A DNA stretch of 64,000 nucleotides from Desulfosudaceae bacterium (lineage in GTDB: Bacteria; Desulfobacterota; Desulfobacteria; Desulfobacterales; Desulfosudaceae), in contig CAXXDV010000003.1 in NCBI GenBank assembly GCA_963674745.2, positions 288,001 to 352,000 on the forward strand. The letters run 5' to 3'. Below, piece after piece: positions 1 to 10,400 of this stretch; position 1 is the stretch's first letter; the number at the start of each line of letters is the position of its first letter. Below the pieces are notes generated by a model. It was not told the origin of the DNA. It did not search any database and worked only from the letters and a program-made list of their open reading frames with translations. The position numbers and the translations under genes were made by a program.

Positions 1-1
1 T

Positions 2-1189
2 ATCAACCGGCCTCAATCTCTTTATACCCATACCATTGAAGGCCAGTCCTGGAAAACGCCCCAGTTCATGCGGGTTGCCACAGGACCGGAAACACGGCTC
101 GAGGTGTTTCTGATTACCGGCGGTTATGACCAGGCGGTTGATGGCGATCAGCCGGCGGAAGTCGGCCGTTCCGTGTATACCATTAATGCGGTATCCGGAG
201 AAAAACAGGGGTTTTCGGCGGATTCTGAAGATTTTGATGCCATGAGCTGTATTGTCAGTGCTTCGGGCCTGGATATGATCGATGACGGAATTTTTGTCGT
301 AAATCAGATTTACGCGGCTGACATGGCAGGGTATTTATATGCCTTCAGAGACAACAACAACCCGGAGGCCCCTGGCGCCCTGGATGGTCAATGGCAGAAG
401 ATGCATTTGTTTTCGGTCGTATCCGACGGCAAAAAAATATTTGAAGATGTCGATGTTGTTCCTGAAAAGATCAAAGTATTTAACACCGGGGACAATCAGT
501 GGGAACGGGTATCCGGCGATTATGTCTATTTCGGCACCGGTGACCGTGCCAATCCCCTGCGGACAGATCAACAGAACCGGTTTTATTGTATTAAAAATGA
601 CTGGCGCACCGGCCCTTTGACCGTAACGGGCGTGGTGGGTGAGTATCCCACCCTGGATGATGACCCTGGTGGAGATCCGGACGGAGATGATGAGGCCCCG
701 GTTATTATAAATGTGACCGACAATAAGATTCAGGACGGTACCGCAGAGGAACAGCTGGCGGTCAGGCAGGCACTTGAAGCGAATTACAACCGGGGATGGT
801 TTATTGATCTGGAACACACTGGTGAGAAATGCCTGTCCACGCCAATTGTATTTGACGGAGTGGTGTATTTTACAAGCTATACTCCCGCGCTAGATGCAAA
901 TGCCAATGGCGATCCCTGCGCATCAAACAATCCGGGCGCAGGCGTCTCCCGGCTTTATGCGGTTGATTACAGAACCGGCGCGGCTGTTTGTGATTTCGGC
1001 GGTGATGACAAACTGGACAAGGACGACCGGAGCAAACAGATACTGGACGACCTGGTATCAATCGCACCGTCACCAAAGATCTTTATTTCCGATCGTGGGC
1101 CGAAACTGATTGTCGGCCCTCACAGCGAGGATCCGAAATCGGATCTGGAGGGGGTAAGGCGGTTCTACTGGAAAATCCACGAAGAATAA
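2..1189 (+). CDS. pilY1: PilY1/PilC-like type IV pilus tip adhesin, C-terminal beta-propeller (5'-truncated by window edge)
   Basis: Frame is open from position 2 (INRPQSLYTHTIEGQSWKTPQFM...). PilY1-type motifs: GQSWxTP, GGYD, YAADMAG, VYFGTGDR, GWFIDL, GVVYFTSYTP, DPC...G.SRLYAVDYRTG. Confidence 0.75.
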   Translation: MNRPQSLYTHTIEGQSWKTPQFMRVATGPETRLEVFLITGGYDQAVDGDQPAEVGRSVYTINAVSGEKQGFSADSEDFDAMSCIVSASGLDMIDDGIFVVNQIYAADMAGYLYAFRDNNNPEAPGALDGQWQKMHLFSVVSDGKKIFEDVDVVPEKIKVFNTGDNQWERVSGDYVYFGTGDRANPLRTDQQNRFYCIKNDWRTGPLTVTGVVGEYPTLDDDPGGDPDGDDEAPVIINVTDNKIQDGTAEEQLAVRQALEANYNRGWFIDLEHTGEKCLSTPIVFDGVVYFTSYTPALDANANGDPCASNNPGAGVSRLYAVDYRTGAAVCDFGGDDKLDKDDRSKQILDDLVSIAPSPKIFISDRGPKLIVGPHSEDPKSDLEGVRRFYWKIHEE

Positions 1190-1266
1190 AGAGCGTAAAT
1201 GTTGTTTTTGTGAGTGAAATCCAGCGAGGCAGCCGGTGCACCTGCAAGTTGCAGGGCGTGAACTTA

Positions 1267-1326
1267 TGTAGGGGCACCCCCCTGTGGGTGACCTTTCAAG
1301 GGCGGCCACAGGGGGCCGCCCCTACA
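1267..1326. repeat. GTAG-family REP/REPIN-like palindromic repeat, copy 1
   Basis: TGTAGGGGCACCCCCCTGTGGGTGACC...GGGCGGCCACAGGGGGCCGCCCCTACA: two hairpin units in inverted orientation bounded by GTAG/CTAC. Related copies at 19926 and 31165. Confidence 0.8.
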
Positions 1327-1364
1327 ACATTCGCTGAAATTGTACATTAAGGGGGAAACCAGAA

Positions 1365-1631
1365 ATGGAAAAATTTCGAATCTCAAGGAAAGCTTTGACC
1401 GTTTGTTGGGGGTGTCTCATTTGTGCCATGCTGGCGATAACCTGTCCCACATTGGCAGATGCCGAAAAGACTGACATGCCTTCGGGCAAGATTGTTTTTG
1501 AAGATAAAAAGACCGGGGTGAAAATCATAAAAACCAGGGCTGGTGTGATTTTAAAGATCACAACCGACGAGCAGGGCAGGGTAAGGGTTGAAGAACTCGA
1601 AGATGAACCGGCAAAATCAGCAGGCCGGTAA
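1365..1631 (+). CDS. Small exported hypothetical protein
   Basis: 88-aa ORF with a signal-peptide-like N-terminus (TLA-DA) and a purine-rich upstream sequence. Confidence 0.55.
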   Translation: MEKFRISRKALTVCWGCLICAMLAITCPTLADAEKTDMPSGKIVFEDKKTGVKIIKTRAGVILKITTDEQGRVRVEELEDEPAKSAGR

Positions 1632-1687
1632 GCAGTAATATGTAGCGAATTTCATCTTGCACAAGGAGCCAGGGGCTCGGGTCCCGG

Positions 1688-1918
1688 TCAACTTACCTGC
1701 TTTATGGAAACCGCGCCAATGGGGCAGGCTTCGATACAATCCCAGCATCCCATGCACATGTCCTGAAAAACCATGGGCGGTTCAAATGGGCCGTCGATCT
1801 GTTTAAACACTTTATGTTCACAAACCGACACCGGGGCGCAGCGCCCGTTGTCAGGATCACATTCACGGGGCCGGCATTTATCATAGTCCACAATGGCAAA
1901 TGTTTTTTTGGGCTGCAT
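1688..1918 (-). CDS. Small 4Fe-4S ferredoxin (RLI-like Fe-S domain)
   Basis: AIVDYDKCRPREC...C...VC plus CMGCWDCIEACP. AAGGAG lies 9 nt before the ATG at 1918, so the start is moved from the ORF-track 1960. Confidence 0.8.
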   Translation of the reverse strand: MQPKKTFAIVDYDKCRPRECDPDNGRCAPVSVCEHKVFKQIDGPFEPPMVFQDMCMGCWDCIEACPIGAVSIKQVS

Positions 1919-2304
1919 ACGGATATTCTCCTTCAAAAAACCATCGACTTCACTGAACATTATACAATTTGTTTACTGCCACTTGTTTTCTTTATACTTC
2001 ATAACGGCCCGATGATGCAACGACCGGCATTGCCATGATTTTCCATAATATTTTCGATAAAATAAACCCGAACAGGGGTCGTTATTATGCCGCTGTTGCC
2101 CTTTGATTTTCGTGTCAACAAATCGATATTATTGAGTTTTAACGCATCATTCGTGATCAGGGGGCCCCTTTTTGTTTTCCCCGGAAAAGGATCCGCGTTT
2201 CCTCAGAATTAGGTTGAATTGACCGGCTATAAGTAATACTGATATTTAACACAGAAATTAAGCTATTCTTAGTTAATGCGTTCTAAATTGTGAAACGGGG
2301 GAGC

Positions 2305-3822
2305 ATGAATCAGAAAATCGGTTTTGACAACGACAAGTATCTTGAGGAGCAGACCAAGGCGATTCTGGAAAGAGTTCAGCGGTTTAACGATAAGCTGTAC
2401 CTTGAATTCGGTGGCAAGCTGTTATTTGACTATCATGCCGCGCGGGTGCTGCCCGGATTTGATCCCAACGTCAAAATGAGGCTCCTCCAGAAGCTTAAAG
2501 ATAAGATTGATGTGATTCTTTGCATCTATGCCGGGGATATTGAGCGGAAAAAAGTACGCGCTGATTTCGGCATTACCTATGATTCCGACACCCTGAAAAC
2601 CATTGATGATTTTAAAGAATGGGGTATATCCATTACCGCTGTTGTGATTACCCGTTATGAAGACCAGCCCTCTGCCAAAACATTTAAGAACAAACTTGAG
2701 CGAAGAGGCGTCCGGGTATATACCCATTCATTTACAAAAGGGTACCCGACCAATATTGATCTGATCGTCAGCGACGCGGGTTACGGCGCCGATGAAATGA
2801 TCGAAACAACCAGTCCGATCGTGGTTGTGACCGGTCCCGGCCCGGGTAGCGGCAAGTTGGCGACATGCCTTTCCCAGATGTATCATGAATATAAAAAAGG
2901 CGTTAATGCCGGATATGCCAAATTTGAAACCTTTCCCATCTGGAACCTGCCCCTCAAGCATCCGGTCAATGTGGCCTATGAGGCGGCTACCGTTGATTTG
3001 AAAGACGTCAACCTGATCGATCATTTTCACCTGGAAGCTTACAACGAAAAAACAGTCAATTATAACCGTGACATAGATGCTTTTCCGTTGCTGAAACGGA
3101 TTATTGAGAAAATAACCGGCAAAGAAACGTTTTATAAATCCCCCACCGATATGGGGGTGAATCGTGCCGGGTTCGGTATTGTTGATGATGAGGTGGTGCG
3201 TGAAGCGGCCAAACAGGAAATCATCAGGCGTTATTTCAGGTCTTCGTGCGAATATGTCATGGGCCTGATTGATAAAGATGTGCTTGAACTCTCAGAGTTG
3301 ATCATGAAAAATATCGGCGCTGTGGCCGAAGACAGAAAAGTGGTCGCCCCGGCCAGAAAGGCGGCTGAGAAAGCGATGCAAAACGGCATGGGGAATAAAG
3401 GCATTTACTGTGGTGCGGCGATCGAATTGAAGGACGGCACCATCATCACCGCCGAAAATACCGAGCTCATGCATGCCGCCGCCAGCCTGACATTAAAAGC
3501 GATAAAATATCTGGCTGAAATTCCTGAGAAGCTGGATCTGTTTCCGCAGAATATTGTTGATTCGATTACGCATCTGAAGAAAGCCGTGCTACACGGTACG
3601 AAGACGGACCTTGATTTAAATGAAACCCTGATTGCCTTGAGCATAAGTACCATATCCAACCCCACCGCCCAGTTAACGCTGGAAAAACTTGAACTGCTCC
3701 ATGGATGCGAAGCCCATATAACGCATATCCCGACGCCCGGTGATGAAGCGGGTTTAAGAAAGCTCGGTGTCAACCTTACATCAGACCCCAATTTTTCTTC
3801 AAGGCGGCTATACATCAGCTAA
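2305..3822 (+). CDS. DUF1846 (UPF0371) family protein
   Basis: [32 protein letters not shown]-loop-like [23 protein letters not shown]. Confidence 0.9.
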   Translation: MNQKIGFDNDKYLEEQTKAILERVQRFNDKLYLEFGGKLLFDYHAARVLPGFDPNVKMRLLQKLKDKIDVILCIYAGDIERKKVRADFGITYDSDTLKTIDDFKEWGISITAVVITRYEDQPSAKTFKNKLERRGVRVYTHSFTKGYPTNIDLIVSDAGYGADEMIETTSPIVVVTGPGPGSGKLATCLSQMYHEYKKGVNAGYAKFETFPIWNLPLKHPVNVAYEAATVDLKDVNLIDHFHLEAYNEKTVNYNRDIDAFPLLKRIIEKITGKETFYKSPTDMGVNRAGFGIVDDEVVREAAKQEIIRRYFRSSCEYVMGLIDKDVLELSELIMKNIGAVAEDRKVVAPARKAAEKAMQNGMGNKGIYCGAAIELKDGTIITAENTELMHAAASLTLKAIKYLAEIPEKLDLFPQNIVDSITHLKKAVLHGTKTDLDLNETLIALSISTISNPTAQLTLEKLELLHGCEAHITHIPTPGDEAGLRKLGVNLTSDPNFSSRRLYIS

Positions 3823-4072
3823 CCTTGATGTTTTGTCGGATGGACAAAAAATTTTAAGAAAATTCTTGCAATCAGATAAGGCGCCCATTAAAGTGACTGA
3901 CATGTCAGTCAAGAAAATAAAGAGCACCAATCTCGCACTGGATTCCAGTGTCCACCGGAATGAAGAATATATCATGTCAATTTTATGCCGGATTTCCCGG
4001 TCAAGCCGGGCGATGACGGACGGTATTCGCGCAGGGCACTTTTTACATTCATTATAAAACTAAAGGGGGCTG

Positions 4073-4840
4073 ATGATGGTTTTAACCGAGTATAAATCGC
4101 CGGAAGAAATCAGGCATTCGCTTGGAAAAGCCCGGGGTGTTGTGGTGTTTTCCTGCAGCGGGTGCGCCAACATGAATGAGATCGGCGGCCGGCGCGGGTT
4201 AAAATTCATGAAAAAACGCCTTTCGGCATGGGGATATTCGGTTGTCGCCGGTGCAACCCCTCCCGGTATCTGCATGAACGCGGTTATGGAAAACGCGACT
4301 CATAAATGGATTCAGCCGAACAGATCAAAGGTGGACGCGCTTCTTGCCATCTGCTGTGCTGCGGGAATAAAAAACGCCGCTTATTTTAATCCCGATCTCA
4401 AGGTGGTTGCCGCTGCCGATCCCATGGGCGTGGAATGCCTGCTGCCCCACAATGCATATTATGAAGATGCCGGGGATTATATGGTGGCCCATGAACTGTG
4501 CCTGCCCTGCGGAAGCTGCGTTTTGTCCTTTACCACCGGGATCTGTCCGCTGGTGGCATGCCCGGCAAAATCAAAATACGGCTATTGCAAGAACCCGCCT
4601 TACCCGGGGAATGGTTGCACAGTTAAGCCTGATCAAAAATGCGTCTGGGCAATAATCGAAAAACGGGGTGGTGACCTCGAAGGCCTGGGGAAATTAAAAG
4701 AGATTCATGAAAATCCGGATTATGAAAGAATTCCTTCTATTGACACACCGCCCCGGACCGTAAAACAGCACACAATCGCAGGATACTGCGGCGGTCGGTC
4801 ACCATCATTCATATCGGATCTTTTACGCTGGGTAAGGTGA
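4073..4840 (+). CDS. MetV-like (MTHFR C-terminal zinc-finger domain) Cys-rich protein, copy 1
   Basis: SCSGCA..GG, CCAAGIK, CLPCGSCVLSFTTGICPLVACPAKSKYGYC, C.V...KCVW. Confidence 0.75.
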   Translation: MMVLTEYKSPEEIRHSLGKARGVVVFSCSGCANMNEIGGRRGLKFMKKRLSAWGYSVVAGATPPGICMNAVMENATHKWIQPNRSKVDALLAICCAAGIKNAAYFNPDLKVVAAADPMGVECLLPHNAYYEDAGDYMVAHELCLPCGSCVLSFTTGICPLVACPAKSKYGYCKNPPYPGNGCTVKPDQKCVWAIIEKRGGDLEGLGKLKEIHENPDYERIPSIDTPPRTVKQHTIAGYCGGRSPSFISDLLRWVR

Positions 4841-4882
4841 TCGTTTCTTATAAAGCCATCAGAAATTTAAGAGGGAATAAAC

Positions 4883-5656
4883 ATGTTTCAGACAAAATAT
4901 AAATCCGAGGAGGAGCTGCAATATTCGCTTCGGAATTTTCAGAAAGTGGGCATCATTTCCTGTAATGTATGCTGCAACCTGAGTGATTGCGGCGGACAAC
5001 AGGGGCTGGAATTGATGTCCGGGTTTTGCCGGAACTGGGGGAAAGCGGTCGTGGCGGACTGCCTGATTTTTGGCGGCTGTGTCGGTACGGTTCATGAGCA
5101 CGCGGTGAAAAAGCGGATATATCCTCATCAATCCGATATCGATGCGCTGGTTATGATCAGTTGCGCAGCCGGTATTAAAACGGCCAACCTCTACAGCCCG
5201 GGTCTCCCCGTGGTGGCGGCCTGCGATTCATTCGGATCTTATCCCCTGTCGCCGAGGCAGGGCCCCAATGACAGTCTTACGATACACACCTATTGCCCGA
5301 TATGCCCCGACGGTCATTGCGTCATGTCTTATACCGCCGGAATATGCCCGGTTGTGCTGTGCCCTGAAAAATGTCGCTATGGCTATTGTGAAAACCCGCC
5401 CCAATCCCCAAACAGGCAATGCACGAAAGATGAAAACATGGCATGCGTGTGGAAAACCATTGAAGAAACCATTGCGCAAAGAGGCGAAAGCCTTGATTCC
5501 CTGAAGGAATTAGAGCAGATCCACGCGGACAAAACCCTGCGGCGGATGCCGACCCCTGAAACGGAACGGGCCGCCGGCTGGCAGATCAAAATGGCGCAAT
5601 GGTTCAGCCTGAATGTATTAAATCGCGTGGCGGATTCATTGCATGCCGCCAGGTGA
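4883..5656 (+). CDS. MetV-like Cys-rich protein, copy 2
   Basis: SCNVCC..GG, SCAAGIK, CPICPDGHCVMSYTAGICPVVLCPEKCRYGYC, ACVW. Colinear with copy 1; GAGG RBS. Confidence 0.75.
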   Translation: MFQTKYKSEEELQYSLRNFQKVGIISCNVCCNLSDCGGQQGLELMSGFCRNWGKAVVADCLIFGGCVGTVHEHAVKKRIYPHQSDIDALVMISCAAGIKTANLYSPGLPVVAACDSFGSYPLSPRQGPNDSLTIHTYCPICPDGHCVMSYTAGICPVVLCPEKCRYGYCENPPQSPNRQCTKDENMACVWKTIEETIAQRGESLDSLKELEQIHADKTLRRMPTPETERAAGWQIKMAQWFSLNVLNRVADSLHAAR

Positions 5657-5695
5657 TCCCAACGCAAGCGAAAGCATTTTTTATAAGGAGAGGAC

Positions 5696-6913
5696 ATGGA
5701 AAGAAAACTGTTGAAAAAGCTGCACCGGCTTGGGGACATCATGAATAACGAGTCGGAATTTCCGATGACGGTTATCCGGTGGTATCTGGTGCCGCCGGTT
5801 TACAGATGGTATTTCAAGCCGCTTTACAAGGCCATGGCAGCCGTCCTGCCTGAAGCGGAAATCGATTTTTTACTGAAGTTGAAAAATGATCGATTGACCA
5901 AAAAACAGTTGCGGGAACGGGTGGGCGGTCCTGACGAAACCTTTGACGACCTTTTTAATTCCCTGATAACCAGAAAAGCCGTTCTCTGGTCGGAGGCCCG
6001 CCAGGACGGCGAGGAAGTTTTCAGAATAGCGCCCATGATGCTGGGATGGATGGAGTTAAGCTGCTCTGACGGAAACATTACACCGGACAAAGAAGCCTTT
6101 TCCCGTGAACTGACGAAGTTTTTTAATAGAGTAAAACTGATGAATTTTTTCGGGGTGCGTAACGTCATTAACCAGATTTTTTTCGGTCTGGGGCCGATGT
6201 CCGGGATCGCCCGGCTGCCGTTGAAAACAGAGACCGAAGAACAGATCAAGATCCAGGTCGGGCAGTCGCTCGATATCCCCGAAGCCAGGATATACAGTAC
6301 CGGCAGCGTTAATAACCTGATTGAAAAATACGGTAATGACGACCAGATCGCCGTCACCAAGTGCCTCTGCCGCCAGCACTGGGCACTGGAGGGCGAGCCC
6401 TGCCGGTTGGATCTTCCCCTGGAAACCCATTTATGGATTGGGCCGTTTGCCGACCATGTCGTCAAATATGGCTATGGCCGCCGGGTTTCAAAGGAGGAAG
6501 CCTATGAAATAACCAGGACGGTCCGGGACAAAGGGGGAGTGCATGAAATCATGCATACCAGAATGGACGTGAACCAGGAACCCGGGTTGTCTGTCTGTAA
6601 CTGCTGCTGGGACTGCTGCACGGCCCTTGGCAATTACAACCGGGGGCTGACGCCCCTGGCCCTTAAAGCCTATTACCGGGCGGTTATTGCCGATGAAACC
6701 AGATGCACCAACTGTGGTAAATGCGTGGAATTTTGCCCGGTGAGTGCCATGCAGCTCAAAAACGGTCGGCTATGGCATGATCCGGGTTTATGCATCGGTT
6801 GCGGACAGTGCGAATACCAGTGTCCTGAAGATGCGGTCAGCCTGGTGCCGGATGAACGGGTGGTAAAACTGGGTCTTTTGAAAAAATCAAAAAGAAAACC
6901 GGCCTTTCAATAA
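5696..6913 (+). CDS. 4Fe-4S dicluster domain protein
   Basis: CLCR, CNCCWDCC, and two C-terminal CxxCxxCxxxCP motifs. AAGGAGAGG RBS. Confidence 0.85.
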   Translation: MERKLLKKLHRLGDIMNNESEFPMTVIRWYLVPPVYRWYFKPLYKAMAAVLPEAEIDFLLKLKNDRLTKKQLRERVGGPDETFDDLFNSLITRKAVLWSEARQDGEEVFRIAPMMLGWMELSCSDGNITPDKEAFSRELTKFFNRVKLMNFFGVRNVINQIFFGLGPMSGIARLPLKTETEEQIKIQVGQSLDIPEARIYSTGSVNNLIEKYGNDDQIAVTKCLCRQHWALEGEPCRLDLPLETHLWIGPFADHVVKYGYGRRVSKEEAYEITRTVRDKGGVHEIMHTRMDVNQEPGLSVCNCCWDCCTALGNYNRGLTPLALKAYYRAVIADETRCTNCGKCVEFCPVSAMQLKNGRLWHDPGLCIGCGQCEYQCPEDAVSLVPDERVVKLGLLKKSKRKPAFQ

Positions 6914-6971
6914 CCGCTTTTTTACGTCTGTTCAGATCAGTTAACACCCGGGTCGTATTTTTTATCGCCGA

Positions 6972-9089
6972 TTATTCTTCGGGAATAAACGATTTTCCGT
7001 AATCGCACCACACCTTGATGGCAATACTCAGGGGTTGAATCATGGGTACCGTGTAGGTATGGAATTTTTTGGCGTATAAATAAGCCCGGGTTCTGGCGAC
7101 GTGTTGGGAAAACCCCCTCGGGGAGACGATCAACGGTTTTTTGAGGTCTCTTTGCAGATCGAGGAGCCGTTCGGGAAGATATTCGGACAGATAAGGCACC
7201 TGCAGATAAATGGCCGTCATAATAATATCCGTATTGGGGTCTTCATTGATAATCCGCAGGGCTGCCATTAAACGGTTGTCATCACAGTTACCGAACAGGT
7301 CCAACGGGTTGGCTCCGATACCGCTGATGATCCGGGGCTTGTCCTCCGGCCGGGCGGTTTTGATATTGTCCGCCATCAGCTCCTGAAGCGCTTTCTTTGT
7401 CTCGGGCGCGAATTCGGCCAGTTCCATGCACTGTTCGGTCACCCGGTCCGCCAGCAATATCCCGGCGCCGCCCCCGACACTGACCACGGCCACCCGGTTG
7501 CCTCTGGCGGCCGGCTGGGAGCTGAGCATGGAAAGGGTGTTGACCAGGCCTTTGGGGTCTTCGGTCAGTTTTTCGATCAGGTAAAAGCCGGCCTGGCGGC
7601 AGCAGGCCTTGAAAGCCTCGTGGCTTCCGGCCAGGGAGGCGGTATGGGACAGGGTGGCTGCGGCACCGCCGCCCGTGCCGCCCTTGATGACCAGCACCGG
7701 TTTCTTGGCGGTGACTTCTTTGCCGATCTGCATCAGCTTCAGGCCGTTGTCATAACCTTCCATGTATATGGCGATAATTTTTATCCGGGGGTCGTTTCCC
7801 ATGTGGGCCAGAATTTCCGCTACGCCAACACTGCTGGCGTTTCCACAGCTGACCCACTGGCCCAGGTCCAGGTTGTCGGCGGCCAGCATTTCAACCAGTT
7901 CCAGGCCCACGCCGCCGCTCTGGGAGATAATGCCGATGCCGCTGGAGCCCTTGATGACACTGGTGCGATGTTCCGGTATAAACAGGGTGTTGACTTTGGA
8001 AAAATTATCGATGACGCCCATACAGTTGGGGCCGATATAGGCCACGTCATATTTTATGCTCAACTCCAGCAGCCGCTCTTCCAGGTCTTTGCGGCCGATT
8101 TCGGCAAACCCGTCGCTGAAGATAATGGCGCCCCGCCCGCCCGCCTTGCAGAACTGCTCAAAGCTTTTCACCGTGGCTTCGGCGTTAATGGCAAAGACCG
8201 CCAGGTCGGGTGCTTCTGGCAGGGATTCAAAATCAGGATAGCAGGGCAAGCCCTGGACGGATTCCAGCTTGGGGTTGATGGGATAGACCCTGGGAATGCC
8301 GAGGCAATTTTTCAGGATAATGCCGCCCATGGTACCGGGCCGGGAAGCGCCCACGATGGCAACCGATTGGGGGCTAAAAATGGCCTGCAGGCTTTTCATC
8401 TTGGCTTCGGAAAGATCCGTGCTGGAAGGCACGGCAATGGGGTCGTCGACGATGAGCCGGCAATCCACGATGGCATATCCCTGTTCATAAACGATGACGG
8501 GATTTAAGTCCAGTTCGTGAATTTCCGGATGCTCCGCCATAAACCGGGATACATTTATCGCCAGTTCAATAACGGCCTGTTTATCCAGGGCGGGACCGCG
8601 AAAGCCTTCCAGAACGGTACCGGCCATGGTCTGGCACAGCATTTCCTCAACATCTTTTTCGGTCAGGATGCCGATACCGGGCTGGACGTCGGCCCACAGT
8701 TCCACAAACCGGCCGCCATGCCCAATCATGGTTACCGGCCCGAATCCCGGGTCCTGCTTGGCCCCTACCAGAAGTTCAAACCCGGGATCAGCCATTTTCT
8801 GGACCAGGATGCCATCGGGGCGTCCGGCACCAGCCTGTTTTACGTTTTTCAGAAGTTGGTCCAGGGCTTTTTTTAGCGCTTCTTCGGTTTTGAGGTTTAG
8901 AAAAACAACGTCAGCGTCGGTTTTATGAATAATGTCCTTTGATATGGCTTTAACGACGACTGGGTAACCAAGCTCCCCGGCGACTTCCAGAACCTGTTGC
9001 GGATCGTCGGTCATCCGGCCGAGAATGGTGATTCCATGCTCCGCCAGCATTTCAGCGGATTGCGTAAAGTCTAACTGTGTTTTACTCAT
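6972..9089 (-). CDS. ADP-forming acyl-CoA synthetase (acetate--CoA ligase family), ATP-grasp-first fusion
   Basis: N-terminal GYPVVVKA..IIHKTD, ELLVG..DPGFGP, ELDLNP; then AIVGAS, IGPNCMG, ISQSGG, SHTASLAG (catalytic His), NPLDL. Confidence 0.85.
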   Translation of the reverse strand: MSKTQLDFTQSAEMLAEHGITILGRMTDDPQQVLEVAGELGYPVVVKAISKDIIHKTDADVVFLNLKTEEALKKALDQLLKNVKQAGAGRPDGILVQKMADPGFELLVGAKQDPGFGPVTMIGHGGRFVELWADVQPGIGILTEKDVEEMLCQTMAGTVLEGFRGPALDKQAVIELAINVSRFMAEHPEIHELDLNPVIVYEQGYAIVDCRLIVDDPIAVPSSTDLSEAKMKSLQAIFSPQSVAIVGASRPGTMGGIILKNCLGIPRVYPINPKLESVQGLPCYPDFESLPEAPDLAVFAINAEATVKSFEQFCKAGGRGAIIFSDGFAEIGRKDLEERLLELSIKYDVAYIGPNCMGVIDNFSKVNTLFIPEHRTSVIKGSSGIGIISQSGGVGLELVEMLAADNLDLGQWVSCGNASSVGVAEILAHMGNDPRIKIIAIYMEGYDNGLKLMQIGKEVTAKKPVLVIKGGTGGGAAATLSHTASLAGSHEAFKACCRQAGFYLIEKLTEDPKGLVNTLSMLSSQPAARGNRVAVVSVGGGAGILLADRVTEQCMELAEFAPETKKALQELMADNIKTARPEDKPRIISGIGANPLDLFGNCDDNRLMAALRIINEDPNTDIIMTAIYLQVPYLSEYLPERLLDLQRDLKKPLIVSPRGFSQHVARTRAYLYAKKFHTYTVPMIQPLSIAIKVWCDYGKSFIPEE

Positions 9090-9342
9090 ATCGTTCTTTC
9101 TCCTTGTTCCCTCTCAACCCGGAACAACAATTCCGGTTCAGAATCAGATGAATCATTTTCCCTGACAGAGATCCGCAAAACGGATTCGACCCGGTCATGC
9201 AGCCACATGTTTTTCATCATGTGCGCCATAAAAATCCGTATCGATTGTAGTTTTAATAATCGGATTTATCAATACCCTGCCGGATTCTGTTATAGCTGGT
9301 GTTTCAGGATATCCGATGACATGTATTATGGTGCCGGTATGC

Positions 9343-10395
9343 TCATGGCCGGGGCAGATCCGCAGGTTGTTTGACGGTCATGGCTGTTGTCAGAAGTTCG
9401 GTATAGGTGATATTTCCGGACAGGGTCAGGGCGGTATTGCCCTGTACCCAGCTCAGGGATGAAAAAGGGCCGAAAAAATTCAGGTAGCCGGTATACGCCC
9501 CGATTTTTACCCTGACGCCTGAAGGTTGGCTCCACTGGCCGGCCAGGGCCCGCATCTGGGTCAGGGTGATGTAACGGCCGTTTTTGTGAACCACGACCAT
9601 GGCCATGGGCAGGCAATGCCGGCCTCTGATGATTTTTTTCACTTCCAGCCCCCGGGGAAGGTCGGTCGGCATCAGAAAATCAAAGTTCATTTCTTTTGCG
9701 ATCTCAGCTTTGGGGCTGCCCGGGTCGGTAATGTCAAAATCAAAGACAACCGCGTTGGGCGGCAGGGTAATCTCAAAAAGATCGTCCTCGACGCGGATAT
9801 TGTATTTTATCCGGGTAAATGCCACTTCATACCAGGTATGGTCGGGCCGGTCGAGAATCTGAACACGCAGGGGAACGGAAAATTCTTTGTCCGTCCACGA
9901 GGTATAGGGCAGCAGCCAGGGTTTTTTCTCGGTGGGGCTGGCTTTCCACCCTGTGGCCGGCCGGGCTACCGTCATTTTATCGCCCAGGAATTGAAAATCG
10001 TAATGCCCCCAGAGCCAGGCCACGTCTTCTTCGAGTAATTTTTTATAGTCGGCTTCATCCAGTGGATCAAATCCGGTGACCCGTATGCCGAAAAGCGATT
10101 GGGGCCACCACATGGTCATGGCCCGGCCGTCAAACAAAAACAGCTGACCGGCCAGGGATTTGGGGGCTGTTGTTTCAGCCCGTACCCGCCATGGTTTTTT
10201 ATACCATATCTCGGTGACATTTCCGGGGGCGTCGTTACGCCCGAAATGTTCTTCATATGTGCCATGATAGGATGCTATGGACATGGTGTTGTCGGCAATC
10301 TGGTCGGCGATGACATCGGCCATTATGGTCGAGCAGGAATAAAACGTCATCGCCAGGGATACGGTTATTAACGCTATCTTGTTCATTGCGTTCAC
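9343..10395 (-). CDS. LolA/RseB-like periplasmic carrier-fold protein
   Basis: Signal peptide, IWYKKPWRVRAE, DGRAMTMW, FEITLPPNAVV, then an MPTDLPRG-type C-terminal domain. Starts 5 nt after the upstream gene's stop. Confidence 0.6.
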   Translation of the reverse strand: MNAMNKIALITVSLAMTFYSCSTIMADVIADQIADNTMSIASYHGTYEEHFGRNDAPGNVTEIWYKKPWRVRAETTAPKSLAGQLFLFDGRAMTMWWPQSLFGIRVTGFDPLDEADYKKLLEEDVAWLWGHYDFQFLGDKMTVARPATGWKASPTEKKPWLLPYTSWTDKEFSVPLRVQILDRPDHTWYEVAFTRIKYNIRVEDDLFEITLPPNAVVFDFDITDPGSPKAEIAKEMNFDFLMPTDLPRGLEVKKIIRGRHCLPMAMVVVHKNGRYITLTQMRALAGQWSQPSGVRVKIGAYTGYLNFFGPFSSLSWVQGNTALTLSGNITYTELLTTAMTVKQPADLPRP

Positions 10396-10400
10396 CTCTC

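Noticed and set aside
4838..5656. Selenocysteine read-through at the TGA stops of the MetV-like genes
   Set aside because: Both paralogs end at equivalent positions after all Cys motifs, and the next genes start shortly after with their own RBS.
7620..8507. Long antisense ORFs (also 55444-56400, 38676-39503, 61511-62227 and others)
   Set aside because: They are shadows of well-supported genes on the opposite strand, with no recognisable motifs.
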